From positions 110,982 through 154,752 of the forward strand of contig PS015148.1 of assembly GCA_048213135.1 (NCBI GenBank): a DNA stretch of 43,771 bases, read 5' to 3'. The stretch comes from Reclinomonas americana ATCC 50394. Lineage: Eukaryota. This document shows, piece after piece, positions 25,122 to 35,500 of this stretch; the first letter of the stretch is position 1, and each line of letters begins with the position of its first letter. The notes beneath the pieces were generated by a model. It did not search any database and was not told the DNA's origin. It saw only the letters and a list, made by a program, of their open reading frames with translations. The translations under genes and the position numbers were made by a program.

Positions 25122-25592
25122 TCTTGTCCTTCGTGCACTCACTGTGCGATCAAGACAACGCGGACTCTTCCTGTCCCTTCTCCTCCTCCACCACCCTCCT
25201 CCTCTCTTCTCAAGTGTGTGTGTTCTCATTCTCTCTCTTTCTCTCACTCTCTTCCTTTTCGCCTCTCTCCCTCCCTCTCCCTCCCTCCCTCCCTCTCTCC
25301 CTTCTCTCCCCCTCACTCACCGCGTCAGCGCACCACACCCACACGGATTGAGATGATTCGCCAACACCGTCTCCACACACAATCGACACAACACATGCGT
25401 CAGGGTCTCACACAGTGCCGGTTCATCGCAGGGCACTCCAGTGCAAATCACACAGCGGAGGCGGTCGACGCGCTCCAACAAGGCCGCGTTCTTTGCAGAG
25501 GAAGAGGAGGCAGAGGAGGAGCTGTCCGCGGCATCCTCTGCGGCGGGGTTGTCCTCCAGGGCCAGCCAGAGGTATTCCTCATCAAAGCACAT
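21097..25592 (-). CDS. RING + TRAF-type zinc fingers + coiled coil + Btk-like zinc motif + acidic repeat tail (putative E3 ligase); about 14 exons, start codon uncertain
   Basis: RING CVIC..C..H..C..C..CGC. TRAF-type fingers CRHMGCPWRG..LHSHRRQC, CPYGSSGC..HMNEC, HQRIECPNTLVPC, CPMSIYGC..HVASEC. Coiled coil VVQRLDRLEKTV. CLRC..CRFHSGDFVMGHWTCC..GC..H after micro-exon splicing. No MATH domain seen. Confidence 0.8.
21172..21387 (-). repeat. Coding 24-nt tandem repeat (about 9 copies) encoding V(V/I/G)AAVE(Q/H)E
   Basis: + strand units like cacttcttgctccacagcagcgac; translation ...EHEVVAAAEQEVVAAVEQEVVPAVVQEVVAAVEHE... Confidence 0.9.
22653..23035 (-). other. Chain of four micro-exons: GAT 22972-22974, TTTGTAATG 22883-22891, GGG 22815-22817, CAC 22717-22719
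   Basis: Each is flanked by yAG and GT (gcgcag|GAT|gtacgt; aactag|TTTGTAATG|gtttgt; tcgcag|GGG|gtgagt; ctgcag|CAC|gtgcgt). Introns are 61, 80, 65, 95 and 64 nt with CTGAC/CTAAT/CTAAC/CTCAC branch-like motifs. Confidence 0.75.
25057..25159. repeat. Perfect 35-bp inverted repeat (25057-25091 / 25125-25159, 33-nt loop) inside intron 24771-25320; third 31-bp copy at 24926-24956
   Basis: gttgtcttgatcgcacagtgagtgcacgaaggaca and its exact reverse complement tgtccttcgtgcactcactgtgcgatcaagacaac. Confidence 0.95.
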
Positions 25593-26045
25593 GAGGAGAG
25601 GCCTCGTGTGTGCGTCGTGGATAGGGAGTTGTGATAACAATAGTTTGTTTCAACCGGACAAGGGCGGAGTTGTCATGACTTCAGTGGATCACTCATGCTG
25701 GCTTGGTGTGTTTCCTGTTAAAGTGCGACGTGTGCAGCGCGCTGTGTGCGAAGCGGTGGAGCTCGATCGTGAAGTCGGCATCATGATCATGATTAGGAAT
25801 CTGTCATCGACGTCGACGACGTGTGCGCTGTGCGGCATTACCAAGTGCCTGCAGAGCGCGATGCTTGCAATTTTCGCTTCCTGCACATTTTAAGAATCGA
25901 GACCAGTGGCCTTGTCAGAAATGTAATTGCTCTGCATAAAATTTACTAACAGATATCTTGCAGATATCTTGGAAAACAGTCGTAAGCGAAAGACCCATAG
26001 CGTCGATGGCTGCGCGTTTCACCGGCCACGTACGTACTTGTAATT

Positions 26046-26480
26046 GTGGCGACGGGTCATCTAAAAGTGAAAACCGATTGGCGATGCGGCACAGGAACCG
26101 GTTGTTGCCAATTGCNNNNNNNNNNNNNNNNNNNNNNNNNNNNNNNNNNNNNNNNNNNNNNNNNNNNNNNNNNNNNNNNNNNNNNNNNNNNNNNNNNNNN
26201 NNNNNNNNNNNNNNNNNNNNNNNNNNNNNNNNNNNNNNNNNCACAGGCAGCCTGTGGCGACGCGGCACTGGGAGAATGCATCGGTGACGCGGCGCTGGTG
26301 ACTGCCAAAGGCAACGAAGGCAGTCTGTGGCGACGCGGCACTGGGAATTGCGCGGCGCTGGTGACTGCCAAATGGCGACGCGGCATCCGTGGCAGGTCAC
26401 GGCAATGTCGCATCGCTGAACGTGATCGGCAATGCGGAGCCAGTGACTGCCAAACGCAACGCGGCACTTGGGAATGTGCT
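26046..26480. repeat. Degenerate GC-rich intergenic minisatellite interrupted by an N gap
   Basis: Recurrent units gtggcgacgcggcactggga and cgcggcgctggtgactgccaaa. Confidence 0.7.
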
Positions 26481-26513
26481 TTGCAATACGGTAATAGACA
26501 CGGGCACCGATGA

Positions 26514-27599
26514 TCATGATAGTCCACCGCAACACCTCAGTCGTACGAGTCTCGCATCCTCAAGAACGAAACAGCAAAAAACCACTTCTACAAGTGAGTA
26601 GTTGACGACCGGCTCAAGCTCGCGAATTGCCTCGAGTGCCCGCTCAACGAGACGAAACTCTTGACGTGCAACAGTCAACGGCGTCGACCAAACTCGCAAA
26701 GTTCTGTCCTCTCCGCCGCTCACGATGTGCTGACCATCGGCGGAGATGGCGACAGAGTTCACAGCGCCAACGTGCCCCTTCAATTGTCCCACTTCTTCTC
26801 CACTTGCCAGTGACCACACTCGAACTGTCTGGTCAGAACCCCCACTGATAATGTGCTGATTATCGGAGGAGACGGCGACCGAGGATACCTCTCCAGTGTG
26901 TCCTTCCAACCGCCGCATTTTCTCGCCAGACATCAGTGACCACACTTGCAAGGTTGCATTCATGCCGCAAGTCACGATGCACTGACCATCGGGAGTAACA
27001 GCAACAGCAGACAGTCGCCGACCATCACATTGAATGCACATCACATGACGTGCTTCTGCCACAGCATATAAATGCACCGTGCCATCTGAGCAGCCGCTCA
27101 CCACGTAATCGCCCATCGGGGTGACAGCAACAGCGCGGACGACGAAGCGACTGTGGGGTTCCGGTCCCTCGAACACTATCGCCTCTCTGTCCAGCTCCAG
27201 AGTAAGCATGCGCACCCTCCCGTCTTGGCAGCCCATAATAATGTGACTGTCTTCGGGAAGGATGGCGACGCTCCTCACAACCCAGCCACATCCACGCGTA
27301 CGAGTGTGGATCAGACGAATGACTTCTCCACTCTCTGCGCGCCACACTCGCATTGTCTCGTCTTCACTCGCACTCACGATGTGATGACCGTCGTGAGTGA
27401 AAGCCACAGAAGTTATCGCACCAGAGTGACCAACCAGGCGCCGCTCTTCCTTTCCGGTGTCCATCACACACACTCGCAGCATGCCATCCCCACTCCCACT
27501 CACGAAGCGCAGACTGTCGGGAGAGACAGCAACACACTCCACTGAGTTGCAGTGCTCGTCGGAAAGAAGGTGGCTGAAAAAGAAAGTGGCGGATGACAT
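26514..27599 (-). CDS. Single-exon WD40-repeat (about 7 blades) protein
   Basis: Uninterrupted ORF with regular repeats GHSGAITSVAFTHDGHHIVSASEDETMRVW, GHTGEVSSVAVSSDNQHIISGGSDQTVRVW, GHVGAVNSVAISADGQHIVSGGEDRTLRVW. First of two possible ATGs not chosen (27659 vs 27599). Confidence 0.88.
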   Translation of the reverse strand: MSSATFFFSHLLSDEHCNSVECVAVSPDSLRFVSGSGDGMLRVCVMDTGKEERRLVGHSGAITSVAFTHDGHHIVSASEDETMRVWRAESGEVIRLIHTRTRGCGWVVRSVAILPEDSHIIMGCQDGRVRMLTLELDREAIVFEGPEPHSRFVVRAVAVTPMGDYVVSGCSDGTVHLYAVAEARHVMCIQCDGRRLSAVAVTPDGQCIVTCGMNATLQVWSLMSGEKMRRLEGHTGEVSSVAVSSDNQHIISGGSDQTVRVWSLASGEEVGQLKGHVGAVNSVAISADGQHIVSGGEDRTLRVWSTPLTVARQEFRLVERALEAIRELEPVVNYSLVEVVFCCFVLEDARLVRLRCCGGLS

Positions 27600-27913
27600 G
27601 TTATGTGTGTGCGCGCGAGAGTGGACGAAGGGGTTTGCATCATTTCCCGCTTTTTTCATTTACAGTACAGTATATAACCAGCACGGGGTTTGTATCGAAG
27701 AATTTGTGGCGGCACAGTGTCCTTGAGCAGACCACCCTGCACCTCCATTCCAACTTCGCTGACATCGCACACGCCTGAATTTCCGAACACAGCAAGTGTC
27801 GCTGTGGCAGATCGTTGCCGCAAGTATTTCTCCTGTCAGAAATCCGTTGTTCTCCTCCTCACACAGAGCGGACCTTACCCTCCTACCACCACGTCATCTC
27901 CTCCGCCCCCGCG

Positions 27914-29025
27914 ATGCTGAGCTACCTGCTCCTACTCTTGATCGCCGTCGCCACGTCATGCACCGCTGACACGGGCGCTACCGTCGATCGCAGCATTCTC
28001 CAAACGGGCTGCGGAGCACTGTGCCAACACCTGTTTCCGATTATCGGTGGCTCCGCATGCGCAGCCCTTCTCCTTACCGGAACCTTCTGTGTGATTCACA
28101 CCATGGTCAGCGACGAGCAGGAACGACAGAAGAGGCGGATCGAGTTTCTGACCAAGGTCCGCACCACGCAAAAATTCCGTCCCACAACTCCTTCTCACCT
28201 CTACCTCTCTCTCTCTCTTTCTCCCGCTGCAGGTCGACGACCAAGTGAGCGGCGCGCAGAGTGTCCTCACCGCAGAGATGATCGGCCTGTCGAATCCCTG
28301 CAATCGACTGCGCGGCCTGTGGACCGGCGTGATCCAACAGCAGCGCCGATCCATGAAGTTCACCCTAAACCTCGGCTGCTGGCCGGGCACTACCACTGCC
28401 GCTCCGCTCCATGTGTTTGGCGTCGGTGTGTGTATCAGTGACACGCACGACACCCACCGTCACTCACGGTCCGCTTGCAGGTGAATGTCGGCTGGGTAGA
28501 TTTCTGGTGCGCGGACAATGTCGTGTGTCCAGCTCTGGAGGGCTGTGCATTGCTTTCGAAAAGGTGCGTGTGTGTGGGAAAGAGCGAGGAGGGTGGGGAA
28601 AGGCACTGGCTAACACCGTGCAGGAATACGACAACGTGCGCACGAGCGGCCAAGTGGGCGACCTGTCGTGCCTGGAATTGTGCGTCCTCTCTGCATNNNN
28701 NNNNNNNNNNNNNNNNNNNNNNNNNNNNNNNNNNNNNNNNNNNNNNNNNNNNNNNNNNNNNNNNNNNNNNNNNNNNNNNNNNNNNNNNNNNNNNNNNNNN
28801 NNNNNNNNNNNNNNNNNNNNNNNNNNNNNNNNNNNNNNNNNNNNNNNNNNNCTCGTTGCCCCAACTGCCCAACTCACTTTTGTCGACAGCCATGGCGTCA
28901 GTAGCACCTCGTCCATGTGCACAAACAAGGTGCACGGCCAGTGGTTTGTGCCCGGTGCGCCCGACGAGTCACCCTACACGGGCACGTGGCACATGGTACC
29001 CGTCACATCGACGCAGTGGTGGTGA
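27914..29025 (+). CDS. Uncharacterised protein with signal peptide, one predicted TM segment and a Gly-rich beta domain; multi-exon, contains an N gap
   Basis: MLSYLLLLLIAVATSCTA; hydrophobic IIGGSACAALLLTGTFCVI. Spliced FLTK|VDDQ...GLWTG..SMKFTL..VFGV|GECRLGRFLVRG..IAFEK|EY..GQWF..YTGTWHM..WW*. Confidence 0.6.
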
Positions 29026-29202
29026 GAAGAAAAAAGAACTGAACCGTAAACAGAGCAAGCACATGTCGACGCCGGTGGTACATAAAATGGCACAAGAGGA
29101 GGGCAGCATACAGAGACAGCGCGTCATAAAGGGAGGGGGGAGATTTTGAGAGGAAAATACACAAAATGATGCAGGGGGAGGCGGAGATTGCCAGAGTCTG
29201 TC

Positions 29203-32200
29203 TCACATCAGTGAGCAGCAACCCTTCTTGGCCGGCTGCTGCGCCTGCGCATNNNNNNNNNNNNNNNNNNNNACAAAAGCAGCGTGAGAACACAAAAAAA
29301 CCCACTTGTACACATCGACCAACAAAACTCACCGGCAGTGGGAGAGTGTTGGCGGTGGCCGCAGCAGAGCCGTTCGTGGCGGCCGCCGCAGCGGTGGGCG
29401 ACGATGAAGCCGAGCGAGTGGCGGAAGCGGCAGGTGAGGAGGCGCGTCCTGCCTGCTCGCGCAGTTCGGTGTTCTCTCGCACCAACTTGAGCTTCTCCGT
29501 CTCCAACTTGGCCTTTTGCTCGCGCACGGTCGACAGCTGTGCACGCAGTGCGTTGGTGGACTCCTCCTTCTCGGCCAGAGCCTTGGTGAGCGCCTCACGA
29601 GCGGCCATCAACTCGTTGTGCAAGTCGATGCGCTCCTCGGCGCCCTGCATGAGCAGCACGTTGCGACCGGAGGCGCCTGCGTAGTTGCGAGTGGATTTCA
29701 GTCACGCGCCACAGGGTGAAACGCAACAAAATGAATGTACCTTTTTGCAGCGCATCCTTGACGCGACGCAGTTCATCACGCAGACGATCACGCTCATCGC
29801 GCAACCGATCGCGCTCCTCCACGACCGAGTCAGCTGCACGAGCATCGAGGAGTCAGTGGACAGCTGCCGTCAGGAAGGAGTTGCAGGACACGAAACTAGC
29901 GGAGCGTGAAGCAGACGCCGAGCTGGCGACCGGCTCAAAGAGGTTGGCGGATGAGAGCGCATGAATCGGAGTCTCGATCGAGAAGCGGAATGCTGCACAT
30001 GCAGTGAGGACGACACGCCAATTTCATCGATGCAGTCATGCCACGCAACATTGCCGAATGGAGGCCAAATCAGTGTTGACGGAAACCGGTGGCGGCAACA
30101 CAGAGTGATCGAGGGTCTCGCCCTCGCCCCACAGCTCAACAGCCAGCGGCTCCTGCTCCAAATACTGCTGCAGATCGGGCGTCATCGTCAACTTGAAGTT
30201 CTCCGTGTGATCAAAAACGGGCCGCACGCTGAAGCCGGGGAACACCTGTCGAAGCAGCAAGAGGGTGAGAATTACGGGAGACAATAGAGAGAGAGAGGAG
30301 GGAGGGAGAGACGAAGGGGGAGAGACACAGAAGAAAGGAAGGAGAGAAAGGAAGAGAGAGAAAGGAGAGAGAAGAAGAGAGACAAGAGAAAGGAGAGAGA
30401 AGAAAGAGAAAAGAAGAGAGAGACACAGAGAAAAAGGAAGGAGAGAAAGAAGAGAGAGAAGAGAGAGAGCGAAAAGAGACAAGAGAGAGAGAGAGAGAGA
30501 CTGAGAAAAGAAGAGAGAGAGACAGAGAAAAGGGGAGAGAGACACAGAAAAGAAAGGGGGAAAGGAAGGAGAGAAAAGAAGAGAGAGAAATGGAGAGAGA
30601 GAGAGAAGTAAAAGAGACAATGGAGAGAGAGAAGATTGGATGAGTGAGTGACTGACTGGGCGAATGAGTGTGCGTATTAGAGAGAGAGAGAGGAGGGAGA
30701 GAGAAGAGCATACGTCTCAGCCCGCTTGCTTATTTTTTGTGTCTGCATGATTGTGCGTGCGCGTGTGCACCAAGCACTCACCGGCGTCTGGCGCTCATTG
30801 GCCTCGTTGAAGAACTTGAACTTCATAAACACATTGTTGGCAAACTCCCTCTTGGTCAGTTGCGCATCCATCAGTGTGAGCGAGAACTTCATCGGAGCGC
30901 CCATCGGCACCGGTTCGCCCTGCTCGTAGCTGTCGTCCATGACCTCCACGTCCCTACACCGGCACTTGTGTTCAGCGTTTCTCGCAGTGGGCGCAGAGAG
31001 TGGACAGCATGACAACGCAACATGGTGTAGCGCACAGAGCCAAGGTCGCCCTTGACTGCCGGGTCGCTCGGCAAAATGCTCACCACCGCATCCTCGTCTT
31101 CCAAGTCGACTCCAATGCCCATGGTCACGCCCAGCAAGAAGATCGGCGCGTAGCCGATGGCAATGCGCTCCGTCAGGTCGATGAACGGGTCATCCTCCAG
31201 CGGCAGTTCATACGGCTAAACACACACAAACAATCAGAGAACAACGTCAATACATCCTCTCTCACACAAAGCAAACACTCACCGTCTTGTTGCGGTGCGC
31301 ACGGCGCACGTCCTTGTACACGGCCTCCATGGTGGCGTAGCGATTGCAAAAGTCCTCGTACGTCCAGTAGGCCGGCGCGTCGGTCCACTTGCGCTGCACC
31401 TCCACCATGGCTTGCGCGCCGTTCACGTCGCCGAACTTGGACTTGATCTTGCCCACAAAGGTGACTGGACGGCGGAGGTCTTGTGCCAGCAGGTTGGCTT
31501 GGCGGGTGAGAGGGACGAGCTGGGCAGACGGAAAGGGTGAGAGGAGAAGGGAAAGGAGAGGGAAAGAGAGAGGGAAAGGCGGGCAAAGGGAGCGGGAGAG
31601 GGATAGACGGGCAAAGGAGCGGGACAGTGAGAAGCGCACATTGATACACACGAATGATTCTTACAAACACATACGCACGCACGCTTACACAAATGCACGC
31701 TCGCATCCTTACAAACACGAATGAACAGTCGCATTCTTGCACACACATTACGAGCAGGAATGCACGCTCACATACTTACAACCACGAGCACAAGAACTCA
31801 CAATTACACGCACTCACATGCACACGGTTATACACACATACACATTCACTCGCTCACTCACTTACGAACGAATGCCCCTCACGTTCTTTCAAAGACAAGC
31901 ACACACTCACTCACTCACACTAACGCATACGCACACACACACATATGCACAGTCACAAAGTCGCACGCACACACTCAGTCACACCTGCTCACGCACGCAC
32001 GCACACACACACACACTCTCTCCACTCACACAAAACACACACACACAACACACCTTGGTCAGCTGATTCTCGATACGAATCTGCGCGACACGCTCCTGTG
32101 CCTTCTTCTCCTCCTGGCGAATGCTGCGCTCGAGCGCTCGCGACAAATGAGCTTGCAGTTCGGCAGCCTGGCGTTGCATGTCCTCCACCTGCTGCTTGTG

Positions 32201-32502
32201 CTGCGCCTCGGCTTCTTTCTGTGGTGTGTAAAGGAGCCAGGATTGAGGACTGCGCCCAAGGCAACGGGCGCACACTACTCTCACTCACACGCTCATACAC
32301 ATCTCTCTCTCTCTCTTTCTCGTTCTTTCTCTCGCCCACAGTCTTCCAATGGATATACACAAAGCTCTCTCTCTCTCCCTGTCCCCTTCCCTCTCTCACT
32401 CTCTTTCCCTTTCTCTCACTTTCTTTCCACTTCTCAATCTCTTTCCACTTCTCTCACTCTCTCTTCCCCTTTCTCTCACTCTCTTTCTCTCTCTCTCTTC
32501 CT

Positions 32503-32555
<53 letters not shown>

Positions 32556-35500
32556 TTTCTCTCACTCTCTATTTCTCCTTTTCTCTCTTCCCCCTTCTCA
32601 CCCCCTGTCCCTTCATCTCTCTCTCTCTCTCCCCTGCTCTCCATCACACTCACCAGCGCCTGACCGCCGCGCACACGGGCAATCTTCTCCGTAAACTCCC
32701 TCTCTAGCCGCTCCTGGTCGGCACGCAGCTCGGCCTCCTTCTTCCTGCGATCGGCGTCAAAGGCGCGCGCCAGCTCGGCCTTGGTGCGCTCCACCTCCTG
32801 GCGCACTTCCTCGGGGTCCTTGTAGCCCTGGGACTTGAGCAGCTCCTGATAATGGCGGTTCGCGAGTAAGTACAGGAGCAGCAGGAGCGAGAAAGCGAGG
32901 GCAGCATCGCAGACGCACCGTGTACGCAAACTGGAAGGTGACATTTGCATCGGGCGGGCCAGCACGCGGATCAATAAAGTGATAACAGAAGCTTGAACCG
33001 ATCCAGATGCGAGATCCCTGCGAGACAAACAAGTGAGCACAGGTGCCGAATCTGCAAACAAAAACACAAAAACCACTCACATGGCGCAGTACAGTCGGCT
33101 CGGTGATTTCCTTGCCGTTCACGTGCGTCTTGTAACGCTCGCGATCCGAGGCCAGCGGTGTGAGCGTGACACGGCCGTTCACATTCTCGAAGCGGCAGTG
33201 GATCGGCGCAACCTCTTGTCCGTCAAACACCACGTCGGCGTGCGATTGCTGAATCGCGAAACAAAGAAAAAAATGAGAAAATGGAGCGAGGCGGGGAGTG
33301 GAATCAAGGTGCAAGGACGTTACCCCTTCAGTGGCGGGATCCATGGAGCCAATGGTGAACGACCTGCCAATGGGAATACCGTGCACCAGACGACCGGCCA
33401 TGAATGGGTCCTCCGACAAATTCGAGATGCGCGGCGTGTCGTCGGCAATGTCCTCGGCGGCGATACCCAGCTCCTGCGGTGACATGGAGAGTGAGACACG
33501 GCGGTGAAGACGGTGAGAGGTACAAATGTTGCGCAACTCTCATGTAGCGGTGGCGGGCATCGCGCATCACATGTGCGTCGTTGACACGCTCCTCGTACGA
33601 CTTTTGCATCTCTTCAATGACCTTCAGCTTCTCCTCGAGCTCATTCTGCAGCTCGTCGATGCGAGCCTGCGTCAGAGCCTCGCGTTGCTCTGTGCACAAG
33701 CGGTGGTGAGTGCATGTGGAAGGGGAGAAGAGTCGTGTTGGCGGAAACGCAACGGAGCTCTGCCTGCAGCGCCATGACACGGTTGCGGGACTCTGCGAGG
33801 GTGGACGGAAAGTGAGAGAGATGAACATCACACACGATGATTACTGTTACAGACAGACCCTCCTCCAGTCGGCCGCGATCAGCGGACGTGTGCACAGCCT
33901 TTTGCGCATTGACCTTGACGCGAGACACACTCTTGGCGAACCTGCGCGCGCACACAAAGGCATCAGCAATGGAGCGCAAGAGCAGTGAATGTGAAAGACG
34001 GAAACGCAACTCCAATGTCGACACGGATTCCTCGTAGTTGAGCGCCGACGGAGAAATGGCGGCAATCATGACGGTCTTGCTGTTGAGGCCGAGCGACTCT
34101 TGCAAGACCCTGCATGCGGAATCAGCAACGAAATGATGAAGCAAATGCCTAGGTCAAAAACAAACGCAACTCAGTGAGGCGCGAGTCACGGTAGGCCGGC
34201 TTCTGACCATCGGCCAAGGCACGAATGACACGACCGAGTGTCAGCAGCGACAGGTTGATCTTGGCACCTTGCTGTGCAGTGGGGAGAGGAGAGAGTGGTG
34301 AGAAACAAGGAGAGGAATGTGGTTTGGCCGAGATGATCACGAAACGGCGCGAGTGACTCCCTCGGTTTCGGCCTTGCTGATGCGCTCCGAGCCGGCCAAG
34401 TCGACCAGGTTGATTTTCGGGGCCAGGGTTTGGCTCGTCCGCAGGTCGGTCTGCCAGAGGGCAAAGGGGGTGAGCATGGAAAGGGGGAGGGTGAAGGGAA
34501 GGGAAAGGTGAAGGGGGAAGAGAAGGGGAAAGGGACGGGGGGAGGTGAAGGGGAAAGTGAAGAGGGCGAAAGGGTAAAGGGGAAAGGTGAAGGGAAATGT
34601 AAAAGGGAAAGCGAAGAGGGCGAAAGGGTGAAGGGGAAGAGAAGGGGGAAGGGGAAGAGAAGGGGGAAGGGAAGGGAATGGTGAAGGGGGAAGCGAAGAG
34701 GGCGAAAGGGAAGGGGGAAAGGTGAAGGGGGAAAGGTGAAAAAAGATGTAAAAGGGAAAGCGAAGAGGGCGAAAGGGTGAAGGGGGAAGAGAAGGGGGAA
34801 GGGAAGGGAATGGTGAAGGGGGAAGAGAAGGGGAAAGCGAAGAGGGCGAAAGGGAAGGGGAAAGGTGAAGGGGAAAAGGTGAAGGGAGATGTAAAAGGGA
34901 AAGCGATGAGGGCGAAAAGGTGAAGGGGGAAGAGAAGGGGAAGGTAAAGGGAATGAGCGACGGGGAAGCGACGAGGACGAAAGGGTGAAGGGGGGAGAAG
35001 CGGCAAGGCAAACGGGAAGGAAGCGTAGAAAAGGAAAAGGTGAAGGGGTAAGTGCAGGGGAAGAGTGAAGGATAAAGTGACGAAAACATGTTGCGGCAAG
35101 ACGGTGAGAGAGAAGAGGAAAGGAAAGCAGGTAGCCGGCCTATTATCCCAATCAACAGCCACCGTGACGAAGCAGGAGATAAGGAAGAGTCAGAAGGGTA
35201 AAGGAATAGCTGGGCGGAGAGATGAATGAAGCAGATCACCTGCCACAACCAACGCAATAAAAGAGCAAGGGGGATCAACTCTACTCACATGGCGAAGAAT
35301 AGAACATCAACATATTCAAAGGAGAGACGAGGAAAGAAAGAAATGTAGATGGAGGAAGATTGCGTGGAGCAACCACAGCAGCGACAGGGAGGTAACAGAA
35401 AAACGAATCACGAGATCACACGCCCTCTCCCCCTTCTCCCCACAACAGACCTTTCGGAAGTGCACAGTCATAACAGTGTGCGCGCGACTGGATTGGTCAT

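Noticed and set aside
24926-25156. PSCTHCAIKT peptide as duplicated zinc-finger exons
   Set aside because: The RING is complete without them, no suitable splice sites flank the copies, and one copy is inverted.
10195-27650. E2F-like TTTCCCGC about 35-50 bp upstream of two ATGs (10195-10202, 27643-27650)
   Set aside because: An 8-mer that also occurs in coding sequence near 1714; not distinguishable from chance here.
34149-35278. Long Phe/Pro/Ser-rich ORFs, and similar ones at 1023-1700, 30036-30711, 31721-32707
   Set aside because: Low-complexity intron sequence; flanking exons join in frame across them.
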